This document shows, one piece after another, positions 44,790 through 57,701 of a stretch of DNA of 64,000 nt. The position numbers and the translations under genes are program-made. The DNA is from Nitrospirota bacterium (GTDB lineage Bacteria; Nitrospirota; UBA9217): positions 128,001 to 192,000 of the forward strand of contig CAVUHW010000034.1 of the NCBI GenBank assembly GCA_963741205.1, written 5' to 3'. Within the stretch, counting starts at the first letter, position 1; every line of letters starts with the position of its first letter. The notes under the pieces were generated by a model. The model made no database searches. It was not told where the DNA came from and worked only from the letters and a program-made list of their open reading frames with translations.

Positions 44790-46052
44790 ATGAATATTCT
44801 CATTAAAAACGGTCACGTGATCGATCCGGCGAACAAGGTTGACGGCAAGATCGACATCCTCGTATCCGGCGGGAAGATAGCCGAGCTCGGAAAGCCGGGC
44901 ACGATCTCAGGCGATGGCGCCGAGATTATCGACGCCTCGGGGAAAATCATTGTTCCCGGCCTCATCGATATGCACGTGCATCTGCGCGAGCCCGGCTTTG
45001 AATATAAAGAGACGATTGCAACCGGAGCGGCCGCTGCAAAGGCGGGCGGGTTCACCGCGGTCTGCTGCATGCCGAACACGCAGCCGGTTAACGATAACCG
45101 GTCGGTCACCGAATTCATCCTCGCCCAGGCCTCGAAAGCGGAAGCACTGGTATACCCTATCGGCGCCATCACCAAGGGGTCCATGGGCGAGGAACTATCC
45201 GAGATCGGCGAACTGTACGCCGCGGGATGTCGCGCGATTTCCGACGACGGCAAGCCTGTCACGAACTCGGCCGTCATGCGCCGTGCGCTGGAATACGCGA
45301 AGATATTCGATATGCTCATTATCTCCCACTGCGAGGACGGCGCGCTCGCGGCAAAGGGCGTGATGAACGAAGGTGTCGTCTCGACTGAACTGGGGCTTCG
45401 GGGCATCCCCCGGGCCGCGGAGGACGTGATGACGGCGCGGGACATCTTTCTCGCCGAACTGACGGGCGGGAGGCTGCATATCGCCCATGTGAGCACGGCA
45501 GGCTCAGTCAGGCTTGTCCGAGACGCGAAGTCCCGCGGGGTACGGGTCACGGCGGAGACCTGCCCGCACTACTTTTCTTTGACCGAAGAGGCCGTACGGG
45601 GTTACAATACCATGGCGAAAATGAACCCCCCGCTTAGGACCGCGGAAGACGTGGACGCGGTAAAAGAAGGCCTGCGGGACGGGACAATCGATGTGATCGC
45701 CACGGACCATGCGCCCCATGCCCTTGATGAAAAGTCAGGCGAGTTCGACTATGCGCCCTTCGGGATCGTCGGACTGGAAACCGCCCTGGGCCTTACGTTC
45801 AAGCTCGTGGAGGAAGGTGTGCTGACGTTTGCCGAAGCGATCCGGAAAATGAGCATCAATCCGGCATCGATCCTCAAAATAAGCAAGGGCATGCTCTCCG
45901 AAGGATCGGATGCGGACATCACGATCGTTGATCCGGATGCCGAATGGGTTGTGGATGCGTCTCAATTCAAGTCAAAATCGAAGAACACGCCGTTCCATGG
46001 ATGGAAGCTCAAAGGGAGAGCGGTGAGGACGATCGTGGGGGGGCGGCTTTAG
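44790..46052 (+). CDS. pyrC: Dihydroorotase
   Basis: [24 protein letters not shown]. Confidence 0.95.
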   Translation: MNILIKNGHVIDPANKVDGKIDILVSGGKIAELGKPGTISGDGAEIIDASGKIIVPGLIDMHVHLREPGFEYKETIATGAAAAKAGGFTAVCCMPNTQPVNDNRSVTEFILAQASKAEALVYPIGAITKGSMGEELSEIGELYAAGCRAISDDGKPVTNSAVMRRALEYAKIFDMLIISHCEDGALAAKGVMNEGVVSTELGLRGIPRAAEDVMTARDIFLAELTGGRLHIAHVSTAGSVRLVRDAKSRGVRVTAETCPHYFSLTEEAVRGYNTMAKMNPPLRTAEDVDAVKEGLRDGTIDVIATDHAPHALDEKSGEFDYAPFGIVGLETALGLTFKLVEEGVLTFAEAIRKMSINPASILKISKGMLSEGSDADITIVDPDAEWVVDASQFKSKSKNTPFHGWKLKGRAVRTIVGGRL

Positions 46053-46939
46053 TGCGGATTCCGGATTTCGGAGTGCGGAGTACTAAATTTGTTGTCATTG
46101 TTTCCCTCGTCCTGTTACTGGCGTCGGCTGCCTTCGCCGCTCAGGACCAGCAGATCCAGCAGAAGCTTGCGGCGCTCGGAAATATCCAGGGAAAGTTCAG
46201 CTTCATTGTCATCGGCGACAACCGGTCGGGCGATGAGGTCTACAAAAAGCTTGTTTCCATGATCGCGGAACGAAAACCGGACCTCGTCGTAAACACCGGC
46301 GACATGATCAAGACCCCGGGCAACAAACAGGAATGGGAAAAATTCTGGGAAATGTCGAAGCCCGTCACGGCGCCGTACTTCCTGACCGTCGGAAACCACG
46401 ACGCATATGCGAAGGTGCCGCAGAGCGAGAAGATATACAAGCAGGAGGTCGACCTTCCCGGAAACGAACTGTATTACTCGTTCACAGTGGGAAACTCGCT
46501 TTTTATCGTTCTCGACTCTTATATTGCGGGCGAGGAAAGAAAGATCGCCGGCGAACAACTTGCATTGGCTTGAAGGGGTTCTCGCAAATTCCAACCGGAA
46601 GCACAACTTTGTCTTTCTTCATCATCCCCTCTATACCGATCCGGCGAAGGGCCATCACGCAAACGACAGCCTCGACAAGTATCCGGAAAGCCGGGACGAG
46701 CTTGGAGACGCTCCTGGCGAAGTCGCAAGGTGGATGCGGTGTTCGCCGGCCATGAACATTATTATCAAAAAACGACCGTTGACGGCATCCTGCACATCAT
46801 CACCGGCGGCGGCGGGGCCCCGATGTATGACCGGGAAGAGGATGGCGGATTCAATCACTTTGTCAGGGTGACGGTGGACGGGGACCGGGTGAGCGGGGAA
46901 GTCATAGATATAAACGGAAAGGTAAGGGACAGGTTTTGA
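46052..46939 (+). CDS. Secreted calcineurin-like metallophosphoesterase (frameshifted)
   Basis: GDNR, NTGDM, GNHD, HHP, GHEHYY, TGGGGAP. Confidence 0.8.
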
Positions 46940-46953
46940 ACGCGATTGCGGAC

Positions 46954-47040
46954 CACCCCTCACCCAGCCCTCTCCCCTGAGAGGAGAGGGTGAACAAACG
47001 CTTCCTCTCCCCTTGGGAGAGGATCGAGGTGAGGGGGAGT
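46954..47040. repeat. CCCTCACCC..CCCTCTCCC/GGGAGAGG palindromic repeat
   Basis: Two nested palindromes; related copies at 34812 and 48226. Confidence 0.6.
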
Positions 47041-47064
47041 CATCGAATGGGAGAGATGGCTGAT

Positions 47065-48210
47065 ATGAAAAAAGCGGTTCTTGCATTGGCTGACGGATTG
47101 GTGTTCGAAGGGGATTCCTTCGGGGCCGAGGGAGAGACTTCCGGCGAGATCGTATTCAATACGAGCATGACGGGGTACCAGGAGATCCTGACGGACCCTT
47201 CCTACAAAGGCCAGATCGTCACCATGACCTACCCCCAGATCGGCAATTACGGCGTGAACGACGAGGACGTGGAGTCAGGCAGACCTTATGTCGAGGGGTT
47301 CATCGTCAAGGAATATCTCGATATCCCGAGCAACTGGCGCATGAAAAAAACACTCCATCAGTATCTGGCGGAACACGGCATCGTCGGGCATCCAGGGGAT
47401 CGATACCCGGGCGCTTACCCGTCACCTTCGCGATTTCGGCGCACAGCCGGGAGTGATCTCGACCAAAGACATCGAAACCGGAGAGCCTGGTGGCCAAGGC
47501 GCAAGCCCTCCCGAAGATGAGCGGCCTCGATCTTGCGAAGGACGTGACCTGCAAAGAGCCCTACCACTGGGACCAGGGAGACTGGGACATTGCCTGCGGC
47601 TACGGGTAGAAGCCTTCGTCCCGCTACAAGGTCGTGGCCTATGATTACGGCATCAAGCGAAACATCCTCCGGCTCCTGACCCAGGCATGCTGCGATGTGA
47701 CCGTCGTGCCCGCGACCATGCCGGCCGAAGAGGTCCTCAAGATGAACCCCGACGGAGTGTTCCTGTCGAACGGGCCCGGGGACCCCGAGCCGGTGACCTA
47801 TGCCAGTAGAGAACATCAGGAAGATCCTGGGCAAGAAGCCCGTCTTCGGGATCTGCCTCGGCCAGCAGCTCCTGGGCCTGGCGCTCGGCGGGAGGACCTA
47901 CAAACTCAAATTCGGCCATCACGGCGGGAACCAGCCGATCATGGACCTGACAACACGCAAGGTCGAGATCGCTGCTGAAAACCACGGGTTTGCCGTGGAC
48001 ATGGAGACCGTGAAGGACCAGGTCGTCTTGACCCACGTTAACCTGAACGACAACACCTGCGAGGGGTTCCAGCACAAGACCCTGCCGGCGTTTTCGGTGC
48101 AGTACCATCCCGAGGCGTCGCCCGGACCGCACGACAGCAGGTATTTGTTCCAGCGCTTCATCGATATGATGGAGAAACATAAGACATTAACCACGGAGAC
48201 ACTAAGATAA
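47065..48210 (+). CDS. carA: Carbamoyl-phosphate synthase small subunit (frameshifted)
   Basis: [38 protein letters not shown]. Confidence 0.95.
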
Positions 48211-48323
48211 ATACAATGAGGTTAGACCCATCCCCCTCTCAATCTCGCCCTTGAAGGGGCAGTGAAATTTTCCGTCCCCTTCAAGGGATGGTAAGGGTGA
48301 GGATGGGTATTGAGCGGTTTTAC

Positions 48324-49279
48324 ATGGTTTCAACGCTTTCAAACACAGAATTACAGAATCGCATCGACGCGGCCTATAAACTGCTCGAATCCTGCCGCGT
48401 CTGCCCCCGCGAGTGCGGGGTGAACCGCTTGCAAAACGACAAGCTCGGTTTCTGCAGGTCCGGCCTGAACCCGATCGTATCGAGCGCGAGTCCCCATCAC
48501 GGCGAAGAGCCGCCGCTCTCGGGAACGAAAGGCTCCGGCACGATCTTCTTCACCAACTGCAATCTGCGGTGCGTGTACTGCCAGAACTATCCGATCAGTC
48601 AGACTCGGGAACGGCGCGGAGCGGACCCCGGCGGAGCTTGCCTGCCAGATGCTCTGGCTGCAGGAACAGGGATGCCACAATCTGAACCTCGTGACCCCGA
48701 CGCATTTTATGCCTCAGATACTGAAGGCGCTCGGCATCGCGCGGGAGCGCAGCTTCAACCTGCCCATCGTGTATAACACGAGCGGATACGAATCACTCGA
48801 GGCGCTCCGATTGCTCGACGGGATCGTGGACATCTATATGCCGGACATGCGGTACTCGGAGGGCGGTATCGCCCGCCGGTACTCCGCGGCACCCGATTAT
48901 CCTGATGCAAACCGTGCGGCGATCAAGGAAATGTACCGGCAGGTCGGCAACCTGGTTGTCGATAAACACGGCATTGCGAAGCGCGGTCTTATCATCCGCC
49001 ACCTTGTCCTGCCCAACGGCCTGTCGGGCACTGAGAGTATTATGAAGTTCCTGGCTGAAGAGATTTCGAAAGATGTTTACATCAGCCTCATGTCCCAGTA
49101 CTTCCCGGCATACAAAGCGACTGACGATGAAAGAATTGTCGCGCAGGGTCACGGCAGAGGAGTATGAAGAGGCGTGCCGGATCATGCAGAAGTACGGGTT
49201 CGAAAACGGATGGGTGCAGGAGCTACGACAGCTGACGCCGATTGCAAATTGTAAATTGAAATTGAATTGCATATTGTAA
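48324..49279 (+). CDS. Radical SAM protein (PflX-like), frameshifted
   Basis: CRVCPREC, GSGTIFF..CNLRCVYCQN, NLVTPTH, IRHLVLP. Confidence 0.85.
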
Positions 49280-49296
49280 AGTTGAGGAAGGGATAG

Positions 49297-52200
49297 ATGC
49301 CGAAACGGACAGACATTAAAAAAATCCTCATCATCGGCGCGGGGCCGATCGTGATCGGACAGGCCTGCGAGTTCGACTACTCGGGCGTGCAGGCGTGCAA
49401 GGTGCTCAAGGAGGAAGGGTACGAGATCGTGCTGGTCAACTCGAACCCGGCCACGATCATGACGGACCCGGAGATGGCGCACCGGACCTACATCGAGCCG
49501 ATCACTCCGGCGGTGGTCGAAAAGATCATCGAACGGGAACGGCCCGACGCGCTGCTTCCGACCATGGGCGGCCAGACGGCCCTGAACACGGCCGTGGCGC
49601 TCGCGGAGTCGGGCGTTCTGGAAAAATACAAGGTCGAGCTGATCGGTGCGAAGCTGCCTGCCATCAAAAAGGCGGAAGACCGCGAGCTGTTCAAAAAGGC
49701 GATGGAAGCAATCGGCCTCGATGTGCCGAAGAGCGGTTTTGCCACGAGCAGGGAGCAGGCCTATGAGATCCTTGAAAAGGTCGGTTTTCCCGCGATCCTG
49801 CGCCCGGCCTTCACCCTGGGCGGCACCGGCGGCGGCATCGCCTATAATAAGGAAGAATTCACAGACCTGATCATGCGCGGTCTCGATGCGAGCCCGGTCC
49901 ACCAGGTGCTGATCGAGGAGTCAATGGTCGGCTGGAAAGAGTATGAACTCGAGGTGATGCGGGACGGGAAAGACAACGTCGTGATCGTCTGTTCCATCGA
50001 AAATCTCGACCCCATGGGCATCCACACCGGCGACAGCATCACCGTGGCGCCGGCGCAGACCCTGACCGACAAGGAATACCAGATCATGCGCGACGCCTCG
50101 CTCAAAATCATCCGCGAGATCGGCGTGGATACCGGAGGGTCGAACATCCAGTTCGCCGTCGATCCCGCGAACGGCAGGATGATCGTGATCGAGATGAACC
50201 CCCGCGTGTCGCGCAGTTCCGCGCTCGCGTCCAAGGCCACGGGGTTTCCCATCGCGAAGTTCGCGGCCAAACTCGCCGTCGGGTATACCCTGGACGAGAT
50301 TACGAACGACATCACGAAGGCCACGCCGGCGTGCTTCGAGCCGACCATCGATTACGTGGTTGTGAAATTCCCGCGCTTCGCCTTCGAAAAGTTTCCGCAG
50401 GCGGACGCGACCTTGACGACGCAGATGAAGTCCGTGGGTGAGGCCATGTCCATCGGCAGGACCTTTAAGGAGGCGCTCCAGAAGGCGCTTCGCTCCCTGG
50501 AGATCGACCGTTATGGGTTAGAGTCCCGCCGTGACCGCGACGGAGACGCAGAGCGCAGAGGCGACGACGATATCCGACAGAGGATCAGCGTGCCGAACTG
50601 GGAGCGCATCTGGTACATAGCGGACGGGTTCCGCGCGGGAATGAGCGTTGAGGAAATTTTCACGCTTTCGAAGATCGACCCCTGGTATCTGCACCAGGTC
50701 AAGCAGATCGTCGACATGGAGAAGGACCTGAAGGAGCAGGGGACCCGCGTCCTGGACACTGCTTCCTCCGGGATCGATCATCCTCTCCGGCGCGCGAAGG
50801 AATACGGTTTTTCGGACCGCCGGATCGCGAGGCTGCTCACGACCACGGAAGACGCGGTGCGCAAGGCCCGATACGGGCTCGGCATCACGCCTGTCTTCAA
50901 GATGGTGGACACCTGCGCCGCGGAGTTCGAGGCCCACACGCCGTATCTCTATTCGACGTATGAAAAACCCTTCTATAAAATCGGGAGTCAGGAGTCAGGA
51001 GCCAGGAACTGGAAGGCGGAGTGCGAGGCGAACCCGACGGACCGAAAAAAAATCGTGATCCTGGGCGGCGGGCCGAACCGGATCGGGCAGGGCATCGAGT
51101 TCGATTACTGCTGCGTCCATGCCGCCTTTGCCCTCAAGGAAGACGACTTTGAGACGATCATGGTAAACTGCAACCCGGAGACGGTCAGCACGGATTACGA
51201 TACCTCGGACAGGCTTTATTTTGAACCCTTGACACTGGAAGACGTTTTACATATTATACACCGGGAAAAGCCTGTGGGCGTAATCGTGCAGTTCGGAGGT
51301 CAGACGCCGCTCAAGCTCGCGGTGCCTCTTGAGAAAGAGGGCGTGCGCATCCTCGGGACGACGCCCGACAGCATCGACCGGGCCGAAGACCGGAAGCGTT
51401 TCAAGGAACTGCTGGACAAACTCGGGCTGCTCCAGGCCGAGAGCGGTACGGCGGTCTCCTGCGATGAAGCGGTGGAGGTCGCGAACCGCATCGGTTACCC
51501 GGTCATGGTCCGGCCGTCTTATGTACTCGGCGGCAGGGCCATGGAGATCATCTACGACGAGGAGAGCGTCCGGAGCTACATGTCCAGGGCGGTCAAGGCC
51601 TCGCCGGAGCGGCCGGTGCTCGTTGACAAATATCTGGAGGACGCTATCGAGATCGACGTGGACGCGATTTCGGATGGAGCGGCGGTGGTCGTAGCGGGCA
51701 TCATGGAGCACATCGAAGAGGCTGGAGTGCACTCCGGAGATTCGGCATGTTCGCTGCCGCCGTTCTCGCTCTCGCCGGATGTCATCAGGGAAATCGACCA
51801 TCAGGCCCGGGCGCTCGCCCTGGAACTCGGCGTGATCGGTCTCATGAACATCCAGTTCGCAGTCAAGGAGGGCCGGATCTACGTGCTTGAGGTGAACCCC
51901 CGGGCGTCCCGGACCGTCCCCTTCGTGAGCAAGGCCATCGGCGTACCGCTCGCCAAGCTCGCCGCCCGCGTCATGGCGGGCAAGACGCTCGCGGAGCTCG
52001 GCTTTACCAAAGAGATCGTCATCAAGCATATCGCGGTCAAGGAAGCCGTGTTTCCCTTTGCGAAGTTTCCGGGCGTGGACACACTCCTGGGCCCGGAGAT
52101 GAAGTCGACGGGCGAGGTCATGGGCATCGATACGGACTTCGGCATGTCGTTCGCCAAGTCCCAGATAGCGGCCGGCAATCCCATGCCGGTGTCGGGCCGC

Positions 52201-52590
52201 GTCTTTTTGAGCGTCAAGGACAAGGACAAGCCGGGCCTGCTCGAAGTGGCGCAGGGACTGGAAAAAACGGGGTTCACCATCGTCGCGACCCGGGGCACGG
52301 CAGAGTACCTCAAGAAACGGGGCATCGCTGTCGAGACCGTGAACAAGGTGACCGAGGGCCGTCCGCACATCGTGGACCAGATCACCGACATGCAGATCGA
52401 TTTTGTCATCAACACGGTCCACGGCGCCCAGGCGCAAAAGGATTCCTATTCGATCCGGCGAACGACCCTGATCAAGGGGATTCCCTATTTTACGACGATC
52501 TCTGCCGCGAAGGCGGCGGTACGGGGCATTTCGGCAATCAAAACACGACCACTTCAGGTCAAGACCATTCAGGAGTACCACGCATCATGA
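49297..52590 (+). CDS. carB: Carbamoyl-phosphate synthase large subunit
   Basis: [30 protein letters not shown]; duplicated ATP-grasp domains. Confidence 0.98.
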   Translation: MPKRTDIKKILIIGAGPIVIGQACEFDYSGVQACKVLKEEGYEIVLVNSNPATIMTDPEMAHRTYIEPITPAVVEKIIERERPDALLPTMGGQTALNTAVALAESGVLEKYKVELIGAKLPAIKKAEDRELFKKAMEAIGLDVPKSGFATSREQAYEILEKVGFPAILRPAFTLGGTGGGIAYNKEEFTDLIMRGLDASPVHQVLIEESMVGWKEYELEVMRDGKDNVVIVCSIENLDPMGIHTGDSITVAPAQTLTDKEYQIMRDASLKIIREIGVDTGGSNIQFAVDPANGRMIVIEMNPRVSRSSALASKATGFPIAKFAAKLAVGYTLDEITNDITKATPACFEPTIDYVVVKFPRFAFEKFPQADATLTTQMKSVGEAMSIGRTFKEALQKALRSLEIDRYGLESRRDRDGDAERRGDDDIRQRISVPNWERIWYIADGFRAGMSVEEIFTLSKIDPWYLHQVKQIVDMEKDLKEQGTRVLDTASSGIDHPLRRAKEYGFSDRRIARLLTTTEDAVRKARYGLGITPVFKMVDTCAAEFEAHTPYLYSTYEKPFYKIGSQESGARNWKAECEANPTDRKKIVILGGGPNRIGQGIEFDYCCVHAAFALKEDDFETIMVNCNPETVSTDYDTSDRLYFEPLTLEDVLHIIHREKPVGVIVQFGGQTPLKLAVPLEKEGVRILGTTPDSIDRAEDRKRFKELLDKLGLLQAESGTAVSCDEAVEVANRIGYPVMVRPSYVLGGRAMEIIYDEESVRSYMSRAVKASPERPVLVDKYLEDAIEIDVDAISDGAAVVVAGIMEHIEEAGVHSGDSACSLPPFSLSPDVIREIDHQARALALELGVIGLMNIQFAVKEGRIYVLEVNPRASRTVPFVSKAIGVPLAKLAARVMAGKTLAELGFTKEIVIKHIAVKEAVFPFAKFPGVDTLLGPEMKSTGEVMGIDTDFGMSFAKSQIAAGNPMPVSGRVFLSVKDKDKPGLLEVAQGLEKTGFTIVATRGTAEYLKKRGIAVETVNKVTEGRPHIVDQITDMQIDFVINTVHGAQAQKDSYSIRRTTLIKGIPYFTTISAAKAAVRGISAIKTRPLQVKTIQEYHAS

Positions 52591-53069
52591 CGCAGAAAAT
52601 ACCCATGACCAAAGAAGGCTACGAAAAGCTCAAAGCCGAGCTCGACCGCATCGTGAAGGTGGAACGGGCGAAGAACATCAAGGACATCGAGGAGGCCCGG
52701 GCCCACGGCGACCTTTCGGAGAACGCGGAATATCACGCGGCCAAGGAGCGGCAGGGCCATCTCGACGCCAAGAAGCGCGAGTTGGAGCATAAGCTTGCCC
52801 ACGCCCAGATCATCGATATTTCCAAGCTCTCGAATGAAAAGGTGGTCTTCGGAGCCACGGTGACTCTTTCGGACACTGATTCCGGCGATAGGAAAAAATA
52901 TATGCTCGTAGGCCAGGAAGAGGCGGACTTGAAAAAGGGGAAAATATCGATCCAGTCGCCCGTTGGCAAGGCGCTCATCGGCCACAAGGTGGGCGATGTC
53001 GTGACGATCAAGACACCGGCCAAAACCGTGGAATATGAAATCCAGGAGATCCAGATTGCCTTTGAATAG
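52587..53069 (+). CDS. greA: Transcription elongation factor GreA
   Basis: [31 protein letters not shown]. Confidence 0.95.
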   Translation: MTQKIPMTKEGYEKLKAELDRIVKVERAKNIKDIEEARAHGDLSENAEYHAAKERQGHLDAKKRELEHKLAHAQIIDISKLSNEKVVFGATVTLSDTDSGDRKKYMLVGQEEADLKKGKISIQSPVGKALIGHKVGDVVTIKTPAKTVEYEIQEIQIAFE

Positions 53070-53880
53070 GCTTCACCGGGCAGCCATTCTGAGCAACAAA
53101 CCCGCGGGAAGGGGTTACCATCGCCTCGTGCTTAGGGCGCCGGAAGTCGCGGCCGCGGCAATCCCCGGCCAGTTCGTGATGCTCAGGGTGTCCGAGAACA
53201 GAGACCCCCTCCTCGCCCGTCCCTTCGGAATATCTTCTCTTCCCTCCCGGTCATCCATCGAACTCATTTACCGCGTAGTCGGCCGCGGGACCTTGCTTTT
53301 GACCGGCATGGAAGCGGGGCATTCGCTGGGCCTCCTCGGCCCGATCGGCAACGGTTTCCCGGTGCCGGAACCGGGTGCGGCGCCGGTGCTCATTGCCGGC
53401 GGGAGCGGGTTCCCGCCGCTCTACTTCTTCTCCCTGCGCCATGGAACGTCGGCGCACGTTTTCCTCGGGGCCAGAAACCGGGAATGCCTGCCGCCATCAG
53501 GCATTGTGAAGAGTTTCCGGGAAGCCGCGGCCGGGGTGCACATCTCCACGGAAGACGGAAGCGCGGGGAAAAAAGGTATGACCACGGACCTCCTGAATGC
53601 GTTCCTTGCCCGGAGGGAACAAAAAACGCGGCTTGTCGTCTACGCCTGCGGTCCCCACGCGATGCTCGCGGCGGTAAGCAAGAGCGCGGCTGACCATGCC
53701 GTACCCTGCTTTGTATCCCTGGAAGAGCGCATGGCTTGCGGACTCGGAGCGTGCATGGGCTGCTCTGTGGGCATGAAGGCGGGAGGATACAAGCGCGTCT
53801 GCAAAGAGGGGCCGGTGTTCGATTCGAGGGAGATCGAGTGGAGCGAGCAGATACGCATAGCGATTCCCCGTAAAAAATAA
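53062..53880 (+). CDS. pyrK: Dihydroorotate dehydrogenase electron transfer subunit
   Basis: PGQFVML, RPFGI, ACGP, EERMACGLGACMGC..VCKEGPVF. Confidence 0.9.
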   Translation: MNRLHRAAILSNKPAGRGYHRLVLRAPEVAAAAIPGQFVMLRVSENRDPLLARPFGISSLPSRSSIELIYRVVGRGTLLLTGMEAGHSLGLLGPIGNGFPVPEPGAAPVLIAGGSGFPPLYFFSLRHGTSAHVFLGARNRECLPPSGIVKSFREAAAGVHISTEDGSAGKKGMTTDLLNAFLARREQKTRLVVYACGPHAMLAAVSKSAADHAVPCFVSLEERMACGLGACMGCSVGMKAGGYKRVCKEGPVFDSREIEWSEQIRIAIPRKK

Positions 53881-53942
53881 GAAACGTGAATGAGACAAGC
53901 AAGCTTCGCGGTAAACGTTCTTCGATTCGGTTTTCGTTTATT

Positions 53943-54879
53943 ATGGAAAAGACAAAAATAATAAAAAAAACCGACCTCTCCGTCGACTTCGCCGGTATCG
54001 GCTGAAGAACCCGGTGCTCACCGCGTCCGGCACGTTCGGATACGGTGAGGAGTACGCCGAGTTCGTCGACTTGAACAGGCTTGGCGGCGTGATCGTGAAG
54101 GGCGTGTCCCTGAAGCCGATGAAGGGTAATCCTCCCCCGCGCATCTGGGAAACTCCGTCCGGCATGCTCAATGCCATCGGCCTTGAAAATCCCGGCGTAG
54201 AGGTATTCTTAAAGGAAAAACTGCCCTACCTCAGAAAGTTCGATACCGCCGTCATCGTGAATGTGTTCGGGTACAGTCTCGAGGACTATGTCGGCGTTGT
54301 CGAACGGCTTGACGGCGCTTCGGGCATCGCCGGCCTCGAAGTGAATATATCATGCCCCAACGTGAAGGCGGGGGGGATCGTTTTCGGGACGAACCAAAAG
54401 TCGGCGTTCGAACTCCTGTCGGCCGTGCGAAAAGCCACGAAGCTTCCCGTTATCGCAAAGCTGTCGCCGAACGTGACGGATATCACCGAATTCGCCCGGA
54501 CCGCCCGGGATGCCGGGTGTGACGGACTATCGCTCATCAATACACTCCTCGGCATGGCGATCGACGTGCGTTGCAGGAGGCCGCGGCTCGCAAACTGCAC
54601 GGGGGGCTCTCCGGCCCGGCGATCAGACCGGTAGCCGTCCGCATGGTCTGGCAGGCGGCAAAGGCGGTGAAGCTTCCGATCATCGGCATGGGGGGGATCG
54701 TGACGGGCGAGGACGCGCTGGAGTTCATCCTCGCGGGCGCGTCGGCCGTGGCCGTCGGCACGGCGAATTTCATGGACCCGCGCGCAACGCTCGGGGTGCT
54801 TGACGGCATGGAGGCCATCCTGGCTGAGCAGGGGACCGCGAGGCTCGCCGATCTTATCGGGAAGGTGGACGCCGGATGA
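53943..54879 (+). CDS. pyrD: Dihydroorotate dehydrogenase type 1B catalytic subunit (frameshifted)
   Basis: [44 protein letters not shown]. Confidence 0.95.
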
Positions 54880-56385
54880 AGATCGTTTCCAGCCTCATGA
54901 GCAAGATCATCATCGCGGTCTCCGCTATCCTGGCGGTAACGATCGGCCTGGGCACGTGGATCAACATCGGGTATCAACGGGCGCAGATGGAAGACTCGCT
55001 CGAAGACAATGTCCTGATCATTTCGAACACTATCGAAAGCAGCCTGGCCAACGCCATGGTGGACGGGAAGAGCAAGGAGGTGCAGCACATCCTGGAGGCC
55101 GTCGGCGGATACCACAACCTCCGGGAAGTGAAGATCTTCAGTCCGAACGGCGTCATTTTGAAATCCTCAAAAAGCTGGATGATCGGGAGGCAAGTGGACT
55201 CCCAAACGCAAAAATGGTTTCTTGCCGGAACAGTTCAGTAAACCGATCAAGCGCAGGGAAGAAGGCATCTTATCGGTGCTTGTCCCCATCGAGAACGACG
55301 AGCGCTGTTTTCATTGCCACGGTTCCAAGATAAAGCTGAACGGCATACTGGCGGTCGACGTGTCCATGGCGCAGACCCAGGCGAAGGTGCGGGAACTCAG
55401 CAAGACCATGTTCCTCTGGGCACTGGAAGTCACCGCGATCCTGGCAGTGTCTCTCTCCCTTTTACTGACGCACCTGGTCACGAACCCCATCCAGAAACTG
55501 ATCGGCACCATGGAGCGCGCCGAGCGGGGGCTTGAAGCCCGTGCTAATATAAGGAGTTCGGACGACATCGGAAGGCTGGGCCAGGCCTTCAATTCCCTCC
55601 TTTCCAAACTGGAACGCGCCCGCGGCGAGGTGGAACGCTATCACTATGAACAGATGAAGCGGGCCGACCGGCTCGCATCCATCGGCGAAATGGCGGCCGG
55701 CATCGCCCATGAAATCAAGAATCCGCTCGCCGGCATCGCGGGGGTGATCCAGGTCATCAAGAACGAACATGCCCTGGGCGACCAGAAACGGGTTATCCTC
55801 GATGAAGTCCTCTCGCAGGTGGAGCGCATGGACAAGGCGGTACGGAACCTCCTTTCCTTTGCGAGGCCTCCGGAACCGAAGATGACGTCCGCCGACATCA
55901 ATGAACTCATCGGCAAACTCCTCGATTTTCTCGCGCCGCAGTTCGCCAAAAACTCGATCAAGACCGAACGAAAACTGGCGCCGGGGCTGCCGAGGGTGAC
56001 GCTCGACCCGGACCTGATCCAGCAGGCGTTCATTAACATCGCCCTGAACGCGATCCAGGCGATGCCTGGGGGCGGCACAATGTTCATCGAAACAAGGGCG
56101 GCAAAACAGAACGGTCAAGACAAGGACTCCATCGAGATCGTCTTCACCGACTCCGGAAAGGGCATCCTGCCGGAAGATCTGAGCAGGATATTCAGCCCCT
56201 TTTTTACAACACGGCTGCAGGGCACGGGGCTGGGCCTGTCGATTACCCAACGGATCATCGAACAGCATGGCGGGGAAATCAGCGTGACGAGCACCCCCGG
56301 CAAAGGAACGACCTTTACCATCACCTTCCCCTATCCGCAGAAAGACGCTTCAGAGCAAAATGCGAGGGACCCATGGCAGCTATGA
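54876..56385 (+). CDS. Sensor histidine kinase with periplasmic CxxCH and HAMP domain (frameshift near 55230)
   Basis: Two TM segments, [30 protein letters not shown]. Confidence 0.9.
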
Positions 56386-56611
56386 TCTCCGCAAAAAAAA
56401 CGTATTGATGCATTCGATTGTTGATGGATTTAAAGGAGGCAGCTCCCGTAAATCTATTTTTATTCGGCACCTCTTTTTATCGGGTCAGCGATTCTTGTTC
56501 ACGGCGGCCGAGACAGAAGGCCCTCGTTAGGCAACACTGTTCATCGCGAAGCAAATTTAATCATGAATAACCTGACCCTTATGATTTTCCCGGGGCACAG
56601 GGGGAGGGGTT

Positions 56612-57527
56612 ATGGAACGACAGGACGGCACAGGCAGCGAAGCGCTTCTCGACTGTATAGTCATCGGGGCGGGCCCGGGAGGCCTGCAGGCCTGCATCCA
56701 CCTCGGCCGCTACAACTTCCGCGTCGTGCTGTTCCACACTCCCGGGGGGCGGACCGGCTATGCAAAACACATCGAGAACTATCTCGGCCTTCGTGCCGTC
56801 TCAGGCCCGGACCTCCTGAAAATCGGTCTCGAGCAGGCGGAGAGTTTCGGCATCACCATCGAGCGCGCCAAGGTGGAGCGCCTCACGGCCCGGGAGGGGC
56901 ACTTCGAGGTGCAGGCCGCGGGGAAGACCTATCGCTCCCGTTTCGTCATCGCTGCCTCAGGGGCCCGGGAGGCCCTCGCCCCCTTCAAGAACCTTTCGCG
57001 TTTTTTCGGCATCTCCTACTTCACCTGCATGATCTGCGACGGCTATCGCACAACCGGCAAGAAGCTGCTCGTCATTGACCGCACTATCAACGGGGTGCGC
57101 CTCAGCGTCGGCATGAAGCAGATGTTCACCAGCGATGTGACCTTTCTCGCCCACGGCTTCTCCCTGGCCCCGGTGTACAGGGCGCTCCTCGAGGAGGAGG
57201 GGATCGGCCTGGTCGAGGGGCGGCCGGAAGAGCTTCTCGGCGAGAAAAACCTTGAGGGGGTGCGGCTCGCTGATGGTCGCGTCATCCCCTGCGAGGTCAT
57301 CTTGGGGTGGGGCGGGATATCCCTCAACGATGAGTACCTCGAGGGCCTCCCCCTGGAACGCGACGCCGAGGGATTCAAGATCATGACCAAGGGCGCGAGC
57401 GAGTCGAGCATCCCCGGCCTCTTCGTCCTCGGGCGCACTCCGCCACGGCCACTCCCAAGCGATCATCTCTGCCGGCCAGGGTGCCGAGGCAGCGATCGAA
57501 ATCAGCACAAGGATCGTTGAACTCTAG
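56612..57527 (+). CDS. Thioredoxin reductase-like FAD/NAD(P) oxidoreductase (3' frameshift)
   Basis: IGAGPGG, CMICDG, SIPGLFVLG. Confidence 0.8.
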
Positions 57528-57701
57528 AAGAAGATCTTTTGAAAATACAACGTACGGAACCGGCAAAAGCGATACGTCATTGCCGGACGAAGTTCTACCT
57601 GCCGATTTCCACTTCACGATCGTCCCTCTTCAATTTCTTGCTTTTTCGGTGCTTCTGACATAGAATCAAATCAGGGCCGCCTTGGTCCCCTCAAATTCCT
57701 C

